NCBI GenBank assembly: GCA_951406725.2
Contig: OX597825.1
Span: 5,890,001-5,954,000, forward strand
DNA from: Octopus vulgaris
Taxonomy: Eukaryota
Direction: 5' to 3'
DNA: 64,000 nt
Shown here: positions 17,930 through 32,255 of the stretch, piece by piece
Position numbering within the stretch: the stretch's first letter is position 1
How the letters are laid out: each line of letters opens with the position of its first letter
The notes under the pieces: generated by a model
Seen by the model: the letters and a program-made list of their open reading frames with translations, nothing else
Databases searched by the model: none
What the model was told of the DNA's origin: nothing
Program-made: the position numbers and the translations under genes

Positions 17930-18170
17930 GTTATATACGAAATAAACATCCGCTGAATAAATGTTATCCACTAATGAAACCCAATAAGTTACGCTACATG
18001 AATATAGATTCTAATTTTCCTTTTACAGTTTCGAATAATTTGGTTCCAAATATTGTGCATTTTTACAGTGTATATAATCTGATATGACTTCCTTTAACAA
18101 AATTGCTGCTTGTTATAATGAAGCATTAAGTATGAGTGGGTGGCTTAAGGATGGTATTAGTTACATACAA

Positions 18171-18239
<69 letters not shown>

Positions 18240-18282
18240 AATAATAATAATAATAATGATGATGATGATGATGATGATGATG

Positions 18283-18334
<52 letters not shown>

Positions 18335-18345
18335 TGATGATGATG

Positions 18346-18390
<45 letters not shown>

Positions 18391-18560
18391 TAAATGGAAA
18401 TAAAGAAAAGCCCAAAATGTTATGGTACAATGTCCCATTTAGTCTTATTATGCATACAAGTATCACCAAGACTTTCTTTTGTTCAATACATCAATCTTTT
18501 CCGAAAATCACGGATAAATGATTTTTCAACAGGAACTCTGTCATTTCATTGTAATACAAC
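17930..18560 (+). pseudogene. Penelope-like retroelement RT C-terminal/linker relic with in-frame (AAT/AAC/GAT)n expansion
   Basis: KPNKLRYMNIDSNFP...FNKIAACYNEALSMSG...MLWYNVPFSL...FPK...FNRNS matches the PLE pattern KPN..Y....SNHP / Y..AL..SG / IWFNPPYS / FNRNT. Confidence 0.75.
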
Positions 18561-19321
18561 ATGCACATCTAATGATTCAGTTTCTAAAGTAAATATTATT
18601 TTGAGTTAAAATCCCGTCGGAGATATGATCAACGTACAGTTATAATAAGATTATAATCAACATACGGTTTTACAAATCCTGAAAGACGAATCTCTGTACG
18701 TTATCCAATTGTAATTACAATTCATATATAGGAACACCAGAAACTTTATCTTATTGTAAAATACGCCAAGCTTTACAGATAACGCAGCGGTTTTCTTAAT
18801 CGTTGCATCACTGAGAAGATTCATATCGATTTCCAAAACAGTTTTATCAGCTACATTCACGCTTTTCAAAAATATATTTGACAACATAAACTGAAATTTT
18901 CTTGAAATATTACAAACTGCCTGACGGATGCTCTCCGCATAGACTGTATAACTAGGCAATAATTATTCTGTCATTTATTTAAATAAATATTCAAATTTTA
19001 TTTTATATTTACCGATTGTTAAATTCGTATTTAGAGATATCTTACCTATACAGATATATATTATGATAGTCAAAACTACCATAATAAACACATTTATTAT
19101 AGTAGTTTTGTCTTTAAGAGTCACACATATCGTGAGGCATTTATGTATAGTAATGCCCTTGATATAAATAAATATATTTAAGGGGAATTAGATAGGATTT
19201 GAACTCCAGCCTCATAAAATCCTCACTAGTAACGTCTACCCAAAATGACACATGGGTTGGAGAATTGTTGCCTGGGGTGTCTAGGGAATCACTGACATAT
19301 GGCGGACGCAGCGACGCGCTG

Positions 19322-19362
<41 letters not shown>

Positions 19363-20133
19363 GTATGTATATTTGTACCTGTATACACACATTTACATGC
19401 ATACATGCATACATACATACTTACATACATACATACATATATTCACTCATGAATTCATTCATAGATATATAATAATGATAATGTCCGTCCGTCGTTGTCG
19501 ACGATGACCAAGGACATCACATGGGAGAATAAGATGGGTCACGCTGAGTCCGGCCGTGGCCAATCAGTCCGATGCGGGCTCTGGAAGAAAATCACCAACG
19601 ATACACACGCAGTTATATTTATATAATAGGGTCTTTGCATTGAAAAATGCGAAGGGCATGTCTACTAAATATTAGATATTCACATTATATTAATCAATAA
19701 ATAACTTGAATGTATAATTTCAGATTTAAATAAATTTCAACGATTATTAGGGTGTCTATTTACTTCTGTCATGTCTCTGAATGTGTGTGTATATGTGTGG
19801 GTGTATGTGCATGTGAGTCTATGCACGCAAGAAATTTCTCATTTAATACCCAGGTAAGCATTTAGCCTACCTGGGTATGTTGGACTCACAGCTGTTATCT
19901 GTTAGTCTAAATCCTTTAGTCTCCATACACAACCTCATATACATGTGCGTGTGTGTGTGTGTGTGTGTTTGTGTAGGCACAGGAGTGGCTGTGTGGTAAG
20001 AAGCTTGCTTCTCAACCACATGGTTCCGGTTTCAGTCCCACTGCGTGGCACCCCAGGTGTCTTCTATTATAGCCTCGGGCCGACCAAAGCCTTGTGAATA
20101 GATTTGGTAGACGGAAACTGAAAGAAGCTCGTC

Positions 20134-20286
20134 ATGTTTCTCTCCTTGTTTTTTCTGTGTCCCTTTCTGTAGAAGAGCGTAGGCTCGAAACGTAAAAGAC
20201 TTTTTCTATTCCTGAGCGTTATACTAATACATCTGTTTGTTTTGTACACCACCTGTTTTCGTCTTTTGTTTTTTTCGTAAACTTTT

Positions 20287-20290
<4 letters not shown>
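20134..20290 (+). mobile_element. Family H copy 3, variant HHR 20163-20198 (CUGUAGA)
   Basis: CUUU-CUGUAGA-A-GAGC-GUAG-GCUC-GAAAC-GUA-AAAG. Confidence 0.82.
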
Positions 20291-20330
<40 letters not shown>

Positions 20331-20333
<3 letters not shown>

Positions 20334-21167
20334 ATAAATATTTTATATATAAAGAACGTGAAATACAGGAAGGGACAAACACGGAACACAGACAAATCAT
20401 TCGAAGCCTTCAATCTTCAGTCAGACACCGAATCATCATCGCAAATTTCGGCTGTTCAATTCTGATATTTGCTCCAACTCGGCCAGCCCCAAGAAAAAAA
20501 ACTAAGCTGTAGGCATTAGATTTCTTGGTAGAAGACAAGAATGTAAACGCACGAGACGGATGTAAATACGAGAGACGAAAACGAAATTGAAAACGGTAAT
20601 GGTTAAACAAAATATATATAACGGTGGTTGTCTTACGACTTTAGACCAAATGAGACAAAAACAACAACAACATAGCAGCTGGCGTAGAAATAATTACCTT
20701 TTCGGTAGAGGGAACACATACACATGTTGGCGAGATACGATCGCCAACGAAATGGTTGAGAAGCAGCAGGTTGCAGGGGAGAGAGAGAAAGAGAGACAGA
20801 GAGAGAGGGAATCAAAGAGGGTGGAAGGCAGGGGACAGAATCAGTCAGTGACCAAGAGAAAAAGAGAAAGAAGGGATTGAGGAGGATGGGAGGAAGAGGG
20901 GGGAAGAAACGAGGGCGCCAAAATAGTTTGGTCAAGAAGCAATGGTGGATAGGAAAGAGAAAGTATATAGAAGTCGTGCAGGGTTTAAAATTGGATAAAC
21001 AAACGGGGGGGGGGGTGCACGTAACGCCGCAATGATATAGGGATAAATATTTTATATATAAAGAACGTGAAATACAGGAAGGGACAAACACGGAACACAG
21101 ACAAATCATTCGAAGCCTTCAATCTTCAGTCAGACACCGAATCATCATCGCAAATTTCGGCTGTTCA
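20331..21167. mobile_element. Non-coding element with identical 128-bp terminal direct repeats (20331-20458, 21040-21167), in (TA)n
   Basis: The direct repeats are identical by inspection; period 709 bp; (TA)n on both sides; no ORF of note. Confidence 0.85.
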
Positions 21168-21212
21168 TATATATATATACTTTATTTAAAGCAGCAGAAA
21201 ATTCAACAAAAC

Positions 21213-21250
21213 CTGTTACTCTGAGTTTCACGTTCCCGTTCGTCGGACAG
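21213..21250 (-). ncRNA. Minimal hammerhead motif, U4C variant
   Basis: Reverse complement: CUGU-CCGACGA-ACG(GGAA)CGU-GAA-ACUC(A)GAGU-A-ACAG. Confidence 0.7.
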
Positions 21251-21268
21251 TTTTTATGTCTTTACTCC

Positions 21269-21308
<40 letters not shown>

Positions 21309-22298
21309 TGTATGTATGTATGTATTTATGAATGTATTTGTGTGTCTGTGCTCGTCCCCGCACCATCGGCTGACAACCGATGTTGGTGTGTTTACGTCCT
21401 AGTAACTTAGCGGTTCGGCAAGGAGGCCGATAGAATAAGGCTTACAAAGAATAAGTCCTGGGGTCGATTTGTTCGTCAACAGGCGGTGCTCCAGCATGGC
21501 CGCAGCTAAATGACTGAAACAAATAAAAGAATAAAAGAACACATATATATGTATATATATATATATAGGATGACCGTTGACTCTTCTGAGTACAGCCGCC
21601 CTTTGACAGACCAACTTGCGCCCTACTCACCAAGCACCCTTTACTGTGTTTGTCACCGATGGCCCGACCATGCAACGAGTTATACCAAGATGCATGTTAC
21701 AAGTAGCAGTCAAGATCGACTTAACACGCACACGCGCACACACAAATGCATACACGCGCACGCGCGACCACATATATGTGTATATCCTTCATAATGAGTC
21801 AAGTAGCAATATTTTTTTTTGTTTTTGCTGGTGTCATTTTTTAATTTTTTTTTATTTTATTTAATACCAATCCTGTGAAAGGATAGAATTTTAAAATTCC
21901 TCTACAATTATTTACAGTATCTGATTAGTTAACGGATGAAAAATGCCAACAAATTTTTGTGCTCTAAATTTTTCTCGCAATTTTATTGGTCTAAAACGGA
22001 GAACAAGGAAATACTGATTATGGGCCGCTCTTCTCTCAGCATTCACGAATCTGAACAGAAATATGATAGTTCGACCGTCAATCTGATGAAGGACTCGCAG
22101 CTGAAGAAAGATGCGGATGGGAATAAAACTGAATAGAAAATAAATAAGAGGAGAAGAGAAAAACGAAAAACGAATCAGAAGAGGTTAGATCATGCATGTG
22201 TTCTGCTGTATCCGGGATCGCATATTCGGGTAGAAAAATATTTGTTACAGACACACACTTTTAACTGATATTTGTTTGAATTTCTATCCTTGTTTATA

Positions 22299-22430
22299 CA
22301 GGGTGGCCCAAAAATCACTGAGAGTTTTTAATTTTCAATAATTCCCTTATTTCTACAAATAGGTGTATGAAATTTTAATTCAATATAGAGGAGATAATGG
22401 AGACTAATTTGCTTTCTTTCTTTTTCATTA
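22299..22430. mobile_element. Tc1/mariner-like terminus
   Basis: TA-CAGGGTGGCCCAAAA start, typical of Tc1-like TIRs. Partner TIR not found. Confidence 0.45.
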
Positions 22431-22441
22431 TACCTCTGCAT

Positions 22442-23513
22442 GGGTGCAGGACAACTCAACACCGCCAACTTAACGCCGCCGACTCAACGCCGCCGACTCA
22501 AGACGAAGACAACTCCACACCAAGAAAATTGATTAATAAATGATTTATTCGTTTTATAACATTATCAGGTATTTCTAAAAATAGTAATTTATTACATGAC
22601 ATAAGTTTTAAAATTCGAACAAAAATAATTGAGAAACTATTTATATATGATTTAAGGCTAAAATTTAAATGAGAAATTTACTGGAAGTTTTATGCAAATC
22701 CCTTCTAATATTTTGTGGGAGATCGTTCTGAAAAAGAAGAAACAATATGCAGAATTCTATCATCTGCCTTCACATACTTCTTCAGTTTAACAGGAGGAGG
22801 ATGACTGCCAATCAGTTGCTCAAAAAATGCCCCTCCGTTTCTTTGCCCCTTATGTAGTCCATTTATGACTCTCCAAATTGTGGGGTGCTCCATTCCCAGC
22901 TCTGTTTGGAGTCTTCTGTTTGCTGCTCCAGCATGGTTATTTGTCCGGACTTCCTCGAATAACGTCTTTTCCTAAAAATTCCACATTTCATGAGGGAAGA
23001 GTGAAGGTTTTCTACTATTTCCACGTCGATTTGGACTTCCAATATAGGTGTCTTCGAAGTTCTTCAGGTATATCCCCAGAGAGGGTGTCAATATACGTAC
23101 CAATATCTGGAACAGGAACCAATGCTAAACTTAATATCATCCTGGTTTTTAGTGCAAAGGTAGCATCGTTGTTGTACACAGAACTGTAACCCATGGCTGC
23201 TATCTTTTTGTGCATATTTTGTGCTAAATGGAAAAAACATCTGTTTATTTCAATTGATCACCGATCAGGAAATTTTCTCTTCCTTCCACAGAAATGTAAA
23301 TTTTTTACTGGTTCTCTTGGAGATCTACAGGGCACGGAGGTGGGGCGCTTGAGGTTCTCTTTTGCGTTTTATAGCTTTCCTCGTGTCTGAAGCATCTGGC
23401 AATGATCCAAGTGTCACCCGAGAGGCATTTGTTAATACTTCACTTATTACTGAACTTGGCTTTTCAACGGTGTCTTCGGCAGAACGTTTCAAGGCTGTGT
23501 GCGCTTTAGTCAC
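22442..23513 (-). mobile_element. MULE (Mutator-like) transposon relic, internally deleted
   Basis: Minus-strand fragments CFFHLAQNMHKKI (CxxH), LSLALVP and HPTIWRVINGL. Terminus GGGTGCAGGACAACTC with ~14-bp tandem subrepeats at 22451-22520. Confidence 0.8.
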
Positions 23514-23546
23514 CTCTATATTAATAAGAGGAGATACGTGAGATTA

Positions 23547-24259
<713 letters not shown>

Positions 24260-24536
24260 TGTTTCTTTATAGCCACACAGGGCTGCACACAGATAGAACA
24301 AATTACAAGGTAGAGCTTTTCTTTTGAAGGTTTAAAAAAAAAAAGGAAGGGGGAGTTTCAGATCAAAAGGGATCGTAAAAGGAGAGAAAGAGGACAAAAA
24401 AAAAGGGGGTTAAAAAAAATAGGGGGAGATAGAAAAAAAAAATTGATCAATGGGGATCGTTATCACAGAAATGTCAATATGAAGTGTAAAGGGGAGGACA
24501 GGTGAGGTTTACTCTCAGATAGATAGATAGACAGAC

Positions 24537-24613
<77 letters not shown>

Positions 24614-24734
24614 TGTACATCCGTATATACACATCGACTTGTATAGGCACGTGTTGACACACAGCATACGTACAGATATACTATCAAATGACCCAACAGC
24701 GAGCTTATTGACAACAGTCGGTACTCGTAGGCAG

Positions 24735-24768
<34 letters not shown>

Positions 24769-25276
24769 AATGAAGAACCTGACACTGAGAGAGTAACAAA
24801 GCGGAGAGAGGTAAAGAGGAGAGATACAAAGCAGTGAGAGTGTGTTTTTTTTTTAAAAAAAGAGAGAAGTCTTCTTTTAAAATGTTTCCTTCCAAAATAC
24901 CAATCCACGTACTTATCTAAAAGTGAATTTTAAACCAAATAATTAGAAAACGTGTCGGATTGCGAAAGTAATCCGGATTTGTGGTACCAGGTGACACAAA
25001 CACATAGTTGTGTTGCTTGGGTATTTGTCTGTTTTTGTTTGTTTTGAGTTTTTGTTTTTTTTTCTTTACAGCGGGAGGAGAAGTCATCGTAGACGGAAAT
25101 AACCAAGCAGACATGTTTTTGTATTATTTGCTTACTTTTTTAAAGGTTTGTTTTCCTTTATATAATTAACAGACTTCACTTCAAACAAGTTTTCAAAATA
25201 TTCTTGTCTATTATGCTTTATTTTCTCTCTCTTACAGTTGCACGCAGGGCAAACGCACCCATATATATATATGTTT

Positions 25277-25485
25277 TCTTCTATTTGTTTCAGTCATTTG
25301 ACTACGGCCATGCTGGAGCGCCGCCTTTAGTCGAACAAATTGACCCCACGACTTATTCTTTGTAAGCCTAGTACTTAATATATCGGGCTCTTTTACCGAA
25401 CCGCTAAGTTACGGGGACGTTGACACGCCACCATCGGTTGTCAAGCGATGGTAGGGGGACAAATACAGACACACAAACACACACA

Positions 25486-25540
<55 letters not shown>

Positions 25541-25660
25541 GATGGACTTCTTTCAGTTTCCGTCTACCAAATCGATGGACAAGGTTTAGGTTGATCCGAT
25601 GCTACAGTAAAAGACACTTGCGCAAGGTGCCACGCAGTGGCACTGAACCCGGAACCATGC
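25277..25660 (-). mobile_element. SINE family A
   Basis: Matches the other copies. Confidence 0.85.
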
Positions 25661-25663
25661 GTT

Positions 25664-25731
<68 letters not shown>

Positions 25732-25771
25732 TATGTATGTACGTATGTATATATATATGTATCTGTGTCCT

Positions 25772-25917
25772 TATATCTTCGAACAAGGGAATCTAGCATC
25801 CCCACTCAGCTCAAAACACTATCTTTGTATCGCGATTTCCATGTTATTTCGCTTCGCGATACGCAAATATTGTTTTGAGCTAAGTGGGGGTGCTAGATTC
25901 CCTTGTTCGAAAATATA
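25772..25917. mobile_element. 146-bp fold-back, probable MITE
   Basis: ~62-bp arms (ttcgaacaagggaatctagca.ccccact.agctcaaaaca...tatcgcga) are reverse-complementary, with a ~20-nt loop. Confidence 0.8.
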
Positions 25918-26579
25918 GTGTCATATAGCCAGCTGGAGACGATATCTCCTGGAGCTAAATTACAGCAACATTCGTCCTAAACCAGGACTGCCATGTTATG
26001 TTGGCAAACAATCTTTACTCCAAAGTACTGTTGCTGAATATGTCTCGTTGTGAGATTTAGAAATAGTAATTTTCTAAATGAGTACCAGTTGAACACTGGG
26101 GTCGATGTAATCGATTAACCCTCCCACCCGAATTCCAGGCTTTGTGCCTAGAACAGAAAGGGTTATTTAAAGGGTTTTTCCTTTCCGTGTTTACTTGCGT
26201 CTTCATATTATTCTTAACTGTATATTTCCTATATACATCGGTGATGTCAGACTTTCGTAGCTTTGCCATCAAGGTGTAGTTGTAGTCGGGAGTGCAAAAG
26301 TAGGTAAAAGAGGCTGAGGAGAGTTACCCACCCTCGACGGCAAATTGTAGTGGCGGCATGAGGCAATGAATTATGTTGTGTTTTCACGGGAGGGGGGGGG
26401 GACTTAGACACTGCCCGGGAATAAGAAACTCCGACAATGCCATTGACCGATGTTTATGTGTGTCACTGATGTGTTGTGGAAGGCGGAGGCATTAGGATTG
26501 GGGACCTGTTAGTAGACGGATTCGAAACTTAGACTGTTGCCTCCAGATCGCTTTCATCAATAATGGAGTGATCAATAAC

Positions 26580-26615
<36 letters not shown>

Positions 26616-26799
26616 GTTTCAAATTCTGGGTAGCAAATTGGGGGTAAGAAATAAGTTGATTACATCAACCCTAGTGCTCATCTGGTACTTATTTTATCGA
26701 CCATCGAAAATATGAAAGTATATATTTGTGTGTGCATGTGTGTATACACATATCTATATAGATAGATACATACATACACACATGTATGTATAAGTGTAT

Positions 26800-26917
<118 letters not shown>

Positions 26918-26998
26918 TACATACATACATAGACGTATACATATATGTGCGTTTGTGTGTGTATGTTCGTGTGTGAGTGTGTGTGTGTGTGAGAGAGA

Positions 26999-27031
<33 letters not shown>

Positions 27032-28328
27032 TCTGTGTGTGTGTGTGTGTGTATACTGTGTTACAAAATAATAAAATGCTCAATACGCCTTTGTGATGTG
27101 TCGAATCGCATATATTTATATACTCGTAACACGTAAGGTAAACAGGATTATATAACCGGACCTAAAGTTTTCGTGAATCGATCTGTACACACGAACGGAT
27201 TGAGAAGAAATTCGCTGATCCCATTTGAGTGTTTTCAATACCATTCACTGGTCGTATATGGTCACATGTTCTCTAACGTCAACTGCTATTCATCATATGT
27301 CAGAATAGTCAATCTTAAAGTTCAAGACAAGTTGCCAGGGAGTGCGCAGACAGGTCGAAACAAGTTCATTTCTTTTGTTTAGGTTTGGAGTGGCGTGTAC
27401 AATTTGAGATTCCGCTGTAAAAATAATGACACAGCAATTTAATCCATTTCTAAACGCCGGTTCTGTATCTAATGTCTCTGATCTCTCCATTTACTGTCGG
27501 TGATCTTGCCTTGGTTTCTTAACTCTTTAACTGCGAAATGAAAATTTCATGGTTATTCCAGAAATGATGTTAAATATATCTAACCAAAAATAGAGTTGGT
27601 ATTTTCTACAAGTCACGCTGCTTCAGTAAACTTGACATATTTAAGCAAAAATAGTTTCAAAGATTACATTCCTCAACAAACGATAGATTGGTATGTGTAT
27701 AAAACTGCTTTCCGCAGTTAAGGGTAATGAAAATTTGAATGGATATATCTGATGTGTGCAGTAAAAGGTTTAATCTCTTAATAATGTGTTAGTAGAGAAA
27801 TGTACTGTTCTGGTACAACTAGCTTTTGAAGGAAATGCACTGAGAAGGTAGGTAAATAGTTTATAAAGATGTCAACACGGTATACTGTACTTCATTCCAT
27901 AGTTTTTTTATTTAACGGCCAGAAAACTGCATATTTTGGTAATTACATGATAATGTTGTTTGTTCTTTACCTGATAGCAAATATTTTGTTATTTCGATTC
28001 TTGATGACACAGAACATATTCTGCGTACAGCTGAGGCCTACTTTTACATTGTTCCTGTTGAAAAACTTATTGAAATGTTGTTGATTCAGGAAATGTGTTG
28101 ATAAGAGAAAAGAAATTTATTTCTGTGCTGGTCATGACATCAATGTTATTATAAGGAGTGAAGAATTATTACGTCACTGTGTATAATACCACCACCTGGT
28201 ACTTTACAGAATCCAAATCTTTGGTTTGAGGATAGCTTCCTCCATAACACCCGTTTCGGGAGCACTTTAAAGACTCACTGCCTTCCCTCCTAACTGAAAT
28301 ATAAAGTAATACCATATTACAATCCTCC

Positions 28329-28600
28329 TCGGCGGAATTTGAACTCAGAACGTAGCGGCAGACGAAATACCTATTTCTTTACTACCCACAAGGGGCTAAA
28401 CACAGAGGACAAACAAGGACAGACAAACGGATTAAGTCGATTATATCGACCCCAGTGTTTAACTGGTTCTTATTTTATCGACCCTGAAAGGATGAAAGGC
28501 AAAGTCGACTTCGGCAGAATTTGAACTCAGAGCATAAGAGACCATAAAAGCAGACGAAACGTCACGAAGCATTTTGCCCGGCATGCCAACGATTCTGCTG
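28329..28600 (-). mobile_element. SINE family B with partial tandem head
   Basis: Reverse complement of 12817-13047. Confidence 0.85.
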
Positions 28601-28687
28601 CTGCATTTCCTGGTAACAATATGAAAAATCACTTCGATGCGTACTACGACAGTTTTAGAATGAAAGTCTGCAGTCAGAACACACACG

Positions 28688-28753
<66 letters not shown>

Positions 28754-29856
28754 AATATATGCGCACAGACTGGGCGATTCGACAGCGGGAACAAGGACAA
28801 GATTTGATGATCTAAATATGGAATAGCGGTGATGAAAGATCTTGAAGACTTTCTCTGATAAACGTGACATGGGTGGAGTCAAGATTTTATAAAATAAATA
28901 TGAAATGGCTTGAGTCAACATTTTCTTAGAGGAACGACTTAGTTGGTCCTTGTATTAAGTATTCCTTGTTCTCGTTTCTCTTGTCTTGTAGATAAAAGTA
29001 AAGTAGGAGGAGAAAAGTAGTTCTTTTTTTTATATTATTTATATATAAAATAAACAGAAAAGGAAGAGAAGGCGGAGGAGGTCAACACCGATGAAAGAAG
29101 ATATCGTCGGATCGCGTCTGCGTTTGTTGCAATAAGTGCTAAGTAAACGAATAGGAAATTAGACGAAAAATGGGTGGAGTCAGCATTGGTATTTAAATTA
29201 TCGTGAACTGGGCGTGTCGAAACGTGGAAGAGGTGGAGTTAGCATTAAATTCCACACAGAGTAGGCAAGGATAGCATCAGGTATTTAATTATTATTATTT
29301 TTATTTTTTCAGTTTCCGTCTACCAAATCCACTCACAAGGCTTTGGTCGGCCCGAGACTTTAGTTGAAGACACTTGCCCAATGTGCCACGCAGTTGGATT
29401 GAACCCGGGACCACATGGTTCGTAAGCAAGCTACTTACCACAGATCCACTCCTGCGCCTATTCAGGTATTTAATTATGCTGGCGAGAATGGAACATGAAA
29501 TGCTGTGATTTTTATGTCATTCCGGATGTCATAACCAAAGTGAACAAAATTGTTTTATGTGAGGATTGAAACCGTTATGCGATGTCTTTGGTGCTAAAAG
29601 CCTACCCATTGATTCGTGACTCTTGTATCAGTGAAATTCAGTATTGACGCATAAAAATGAGTCATCAGTAGTTGAAAAGATATAGAACAGGCATTGAGTG
29701 ATCCTCAGTATATTACAGGTATCTCGAACGGACGAAGAACAAACTTGTCACCTGTTGTGTTTGAATCTAGTTTAGCCTAGTCCTCCCTACATCTCTGCCA
29801 ATTCGCCATTTTCTGAAATTCTCAGAACCAGATTCATATTGGTACACGATGAGTCG

Positions 29857-31280
29857 AATTGGCAGAGTATCAGACAAAATGCCAGACTTTGTTTCGGACT
29901 TTTTCTCTGAGTTCAAATTCTGCCTAGGTCAACTTTACCTTACCTCTTCCCAGGGTCGATAGCATAAAGAACCTGTCCATGACACTCGAATGGCGGAATT
30001 GTTAGAGCGTTGGACAAAGCCCTGTAAATTATTTGTCCCGGTTTTTTTACATTCTGTGTTCAAATCCCACTAAGGTCATCTTTATATTTAATTTTCCATG
30101 GGTTGGCAAATTATGGTGTCAGTCCACGAGAGATGATTACGACGTTGTTAGAACGTTAGACAAAATGCTTTGCAGTATTTGTTCCGGCTTTTTACGTTCT
30201 GAGTTCAAATTCTCTTGAAGTCAGCTTTACCTTTTATCCTTCTGGGATCGATGAAATAAAGAAACACTTAGAGGTCATTGATTGGTGAAGTTGACTGAGC
30301 GTTAGACAAAATGATTTAGCGATTTGTTCCAGTTCTTTATGCCCTAAATTCCCAAATAAGTGTGGCAAAGTTGTCTCGATCTCACCGACAACAAGGTGTC
30401 TCCGAAAAAGAAACACTCGAAGAAAGCCAACGGAAAATTACCTTCGTGTTTTCCAGGGACCACCAATGATAAGCTCATAGCACTTGTCACGCAGATTACC
30501 AGAAATCACTCGCAACAGGACAACGCAGACAGAAAATATGGGCGGCGAGTGATGTGAAGCAAAACAGAAGCTTCTTGTGAAAGAACAGCTGAGCATTGAG
30601 GCCGATAAAATTGACCATCCATCGTCCGAAAATTACTAGCATTGTTCCAAAATTCGAAACAACTATTGGTTACCCCTCCCCTCAAAATGAATTCCCTTGT
30701 GCCTATATCACAAACAAAGGCAACAAAATCGTTATTGCGCCGGACAAAATCTTTAGCGCTATTTTTGCTAGTTCTTTACGCTCTGAGTTCAAATACTGTT
30801 ACGCTCGATTAAATAAAAATCAATCAAGAACTGGAGTCGATGGAATCGTCAATACTCTCCTTTCAAAACTTCTGGCCTCAGGTCAAAATAAGAAAGACGG
30901 CTTAGCACGGTGAGATGGTAGAATCGTTAGCACGCCCAGCGAAATGCTTAGCGCCATTTTGTCTGTCCTTATGTTGAGTTCAAATTCCACCGAGGTCGAC
31001 TTTGTTTTTTGTCCTTTTGCGGCCGATAAAATAAGTTCCAATTGAGCACTGGCATCAATGCAATCGACTATTCCCCTCAAACAATATTTCAGGCTTTGTG
31101 CCTTGAGGGGAAAAATTATTAAAGTTGATAGCCGGCAGAATCGTTAGAAAGTTGGACAAAATGCTTAGCGGTATCTCTGCTGGGCTCTTTCAGGATCGAT
31201 AAAATATAGTACCAACTGGGCACTAGGATCGATATAATCGACTAAAGCCCTTCCCCTTCCCTCAAAACTGCTGACCTGGA
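29857..31280 (+). repeat. Cluster of ~7 degenerate co-oriented SINE-B units
   Basis: Recurrent gttag...gacaaaatg...gagttcaaat motif at ~29857, 29991, 30143, 30283, 30720, 30908 and 31128. Confidence 0.75.
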
Positions 31281-31421
31281 ACCAAAATCGGTAAACCATT
31301 ATTAGAACTGAATGGGTAGGAGAAATACTTTCGATCGATAAACAATGATCGGAGATATTTGACGTAGCAAAAACTCTCTCGCTCTCTCTGTCTGTCTTTC
31401 TCTTACACACACACACACAGG

Positions 31422-31453
<32 letters not shown>

Positions 31454-31851
31454 GGCACACACACGTACACACATAAGCACACACACGCACGCTCGCTCAC
31501 TCACTCGCTCGCTCACACGCTGTCCCCATTTGTCTCCCTTTTTCACACACGCAAGGAAATGAGCGACGCCATTAAAGTTTCTTTCATACGAAATCTATAC
31601 TAGAATGGAGAAAGTATATAAAATTCGAATTCAACGGTTAAACTATTATATATTAGTAATTTAGACAGCATTTAATGAGAGCAGTGTGCTGTTATCACAA
31701 CTATTTGACACAGACTAATACCCAACACACATTTAAACTACATATTTTTGCTAATAAAGCAAGTTTATTTCCATCTTTTGATTATTTTTGTTCTTTCTTT
31801 AGACGTCTGGCGTTTTTTTCTTTCTTTCCGTTATTTTTTTGCTTGTCGTTG

Positions 31852-31889
<38 letters not shown>

Positions 31890-32196
31890 GGTATTGCTGT
31901 TGTAGTTTTTTTATTTGAATTCTGCATTTTGATTCAATTTCATTCTAACCTAATTTTCTTCGGGGGTAGGGTGGTGGGGGAGGTTCATCTCAAGTTTCTC
32001 CATCACACAACCCCACCCGCACGACCACCCCTCTCCTGCCACCCAGTTTAAACATGCAGAGGTAGACTGAATGTGTGTGGCAGACCCCATATATATATAT
32101 ATGTGCGCATATATATATATATATATCCATACTCATAAACGTATATATATATATACATATATATATACATATATATATATATCCATACTCATAAAC

Positions 32197-32255
<59 letters not shown>

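Larger units (their letters stand above)
19975..21538 (+). mobile_element. SINE family A split by three nested insertions
   Basis: Head 19975-20133 and tail 21335-21538 are collinear with 54579-55024. Confidence 0.8.

Noticed and set aside
22080-22135. CUGAUGA motif
   Set aside because: No matching GAAA/stem III half.
25020-25260. Polypyrimidine tracts ending in TACAG (possible splice acceptors at 25071 and 25238)
   Set aside because: No supportable exon, donor or reading frame without transcript data.
29857-31280. CRISPR-like repeat/spacer appearance
   Set aside because: The units are long, irregularly spaced, diverged SINE copies in a eukaryotic context, and there are no cas genes.
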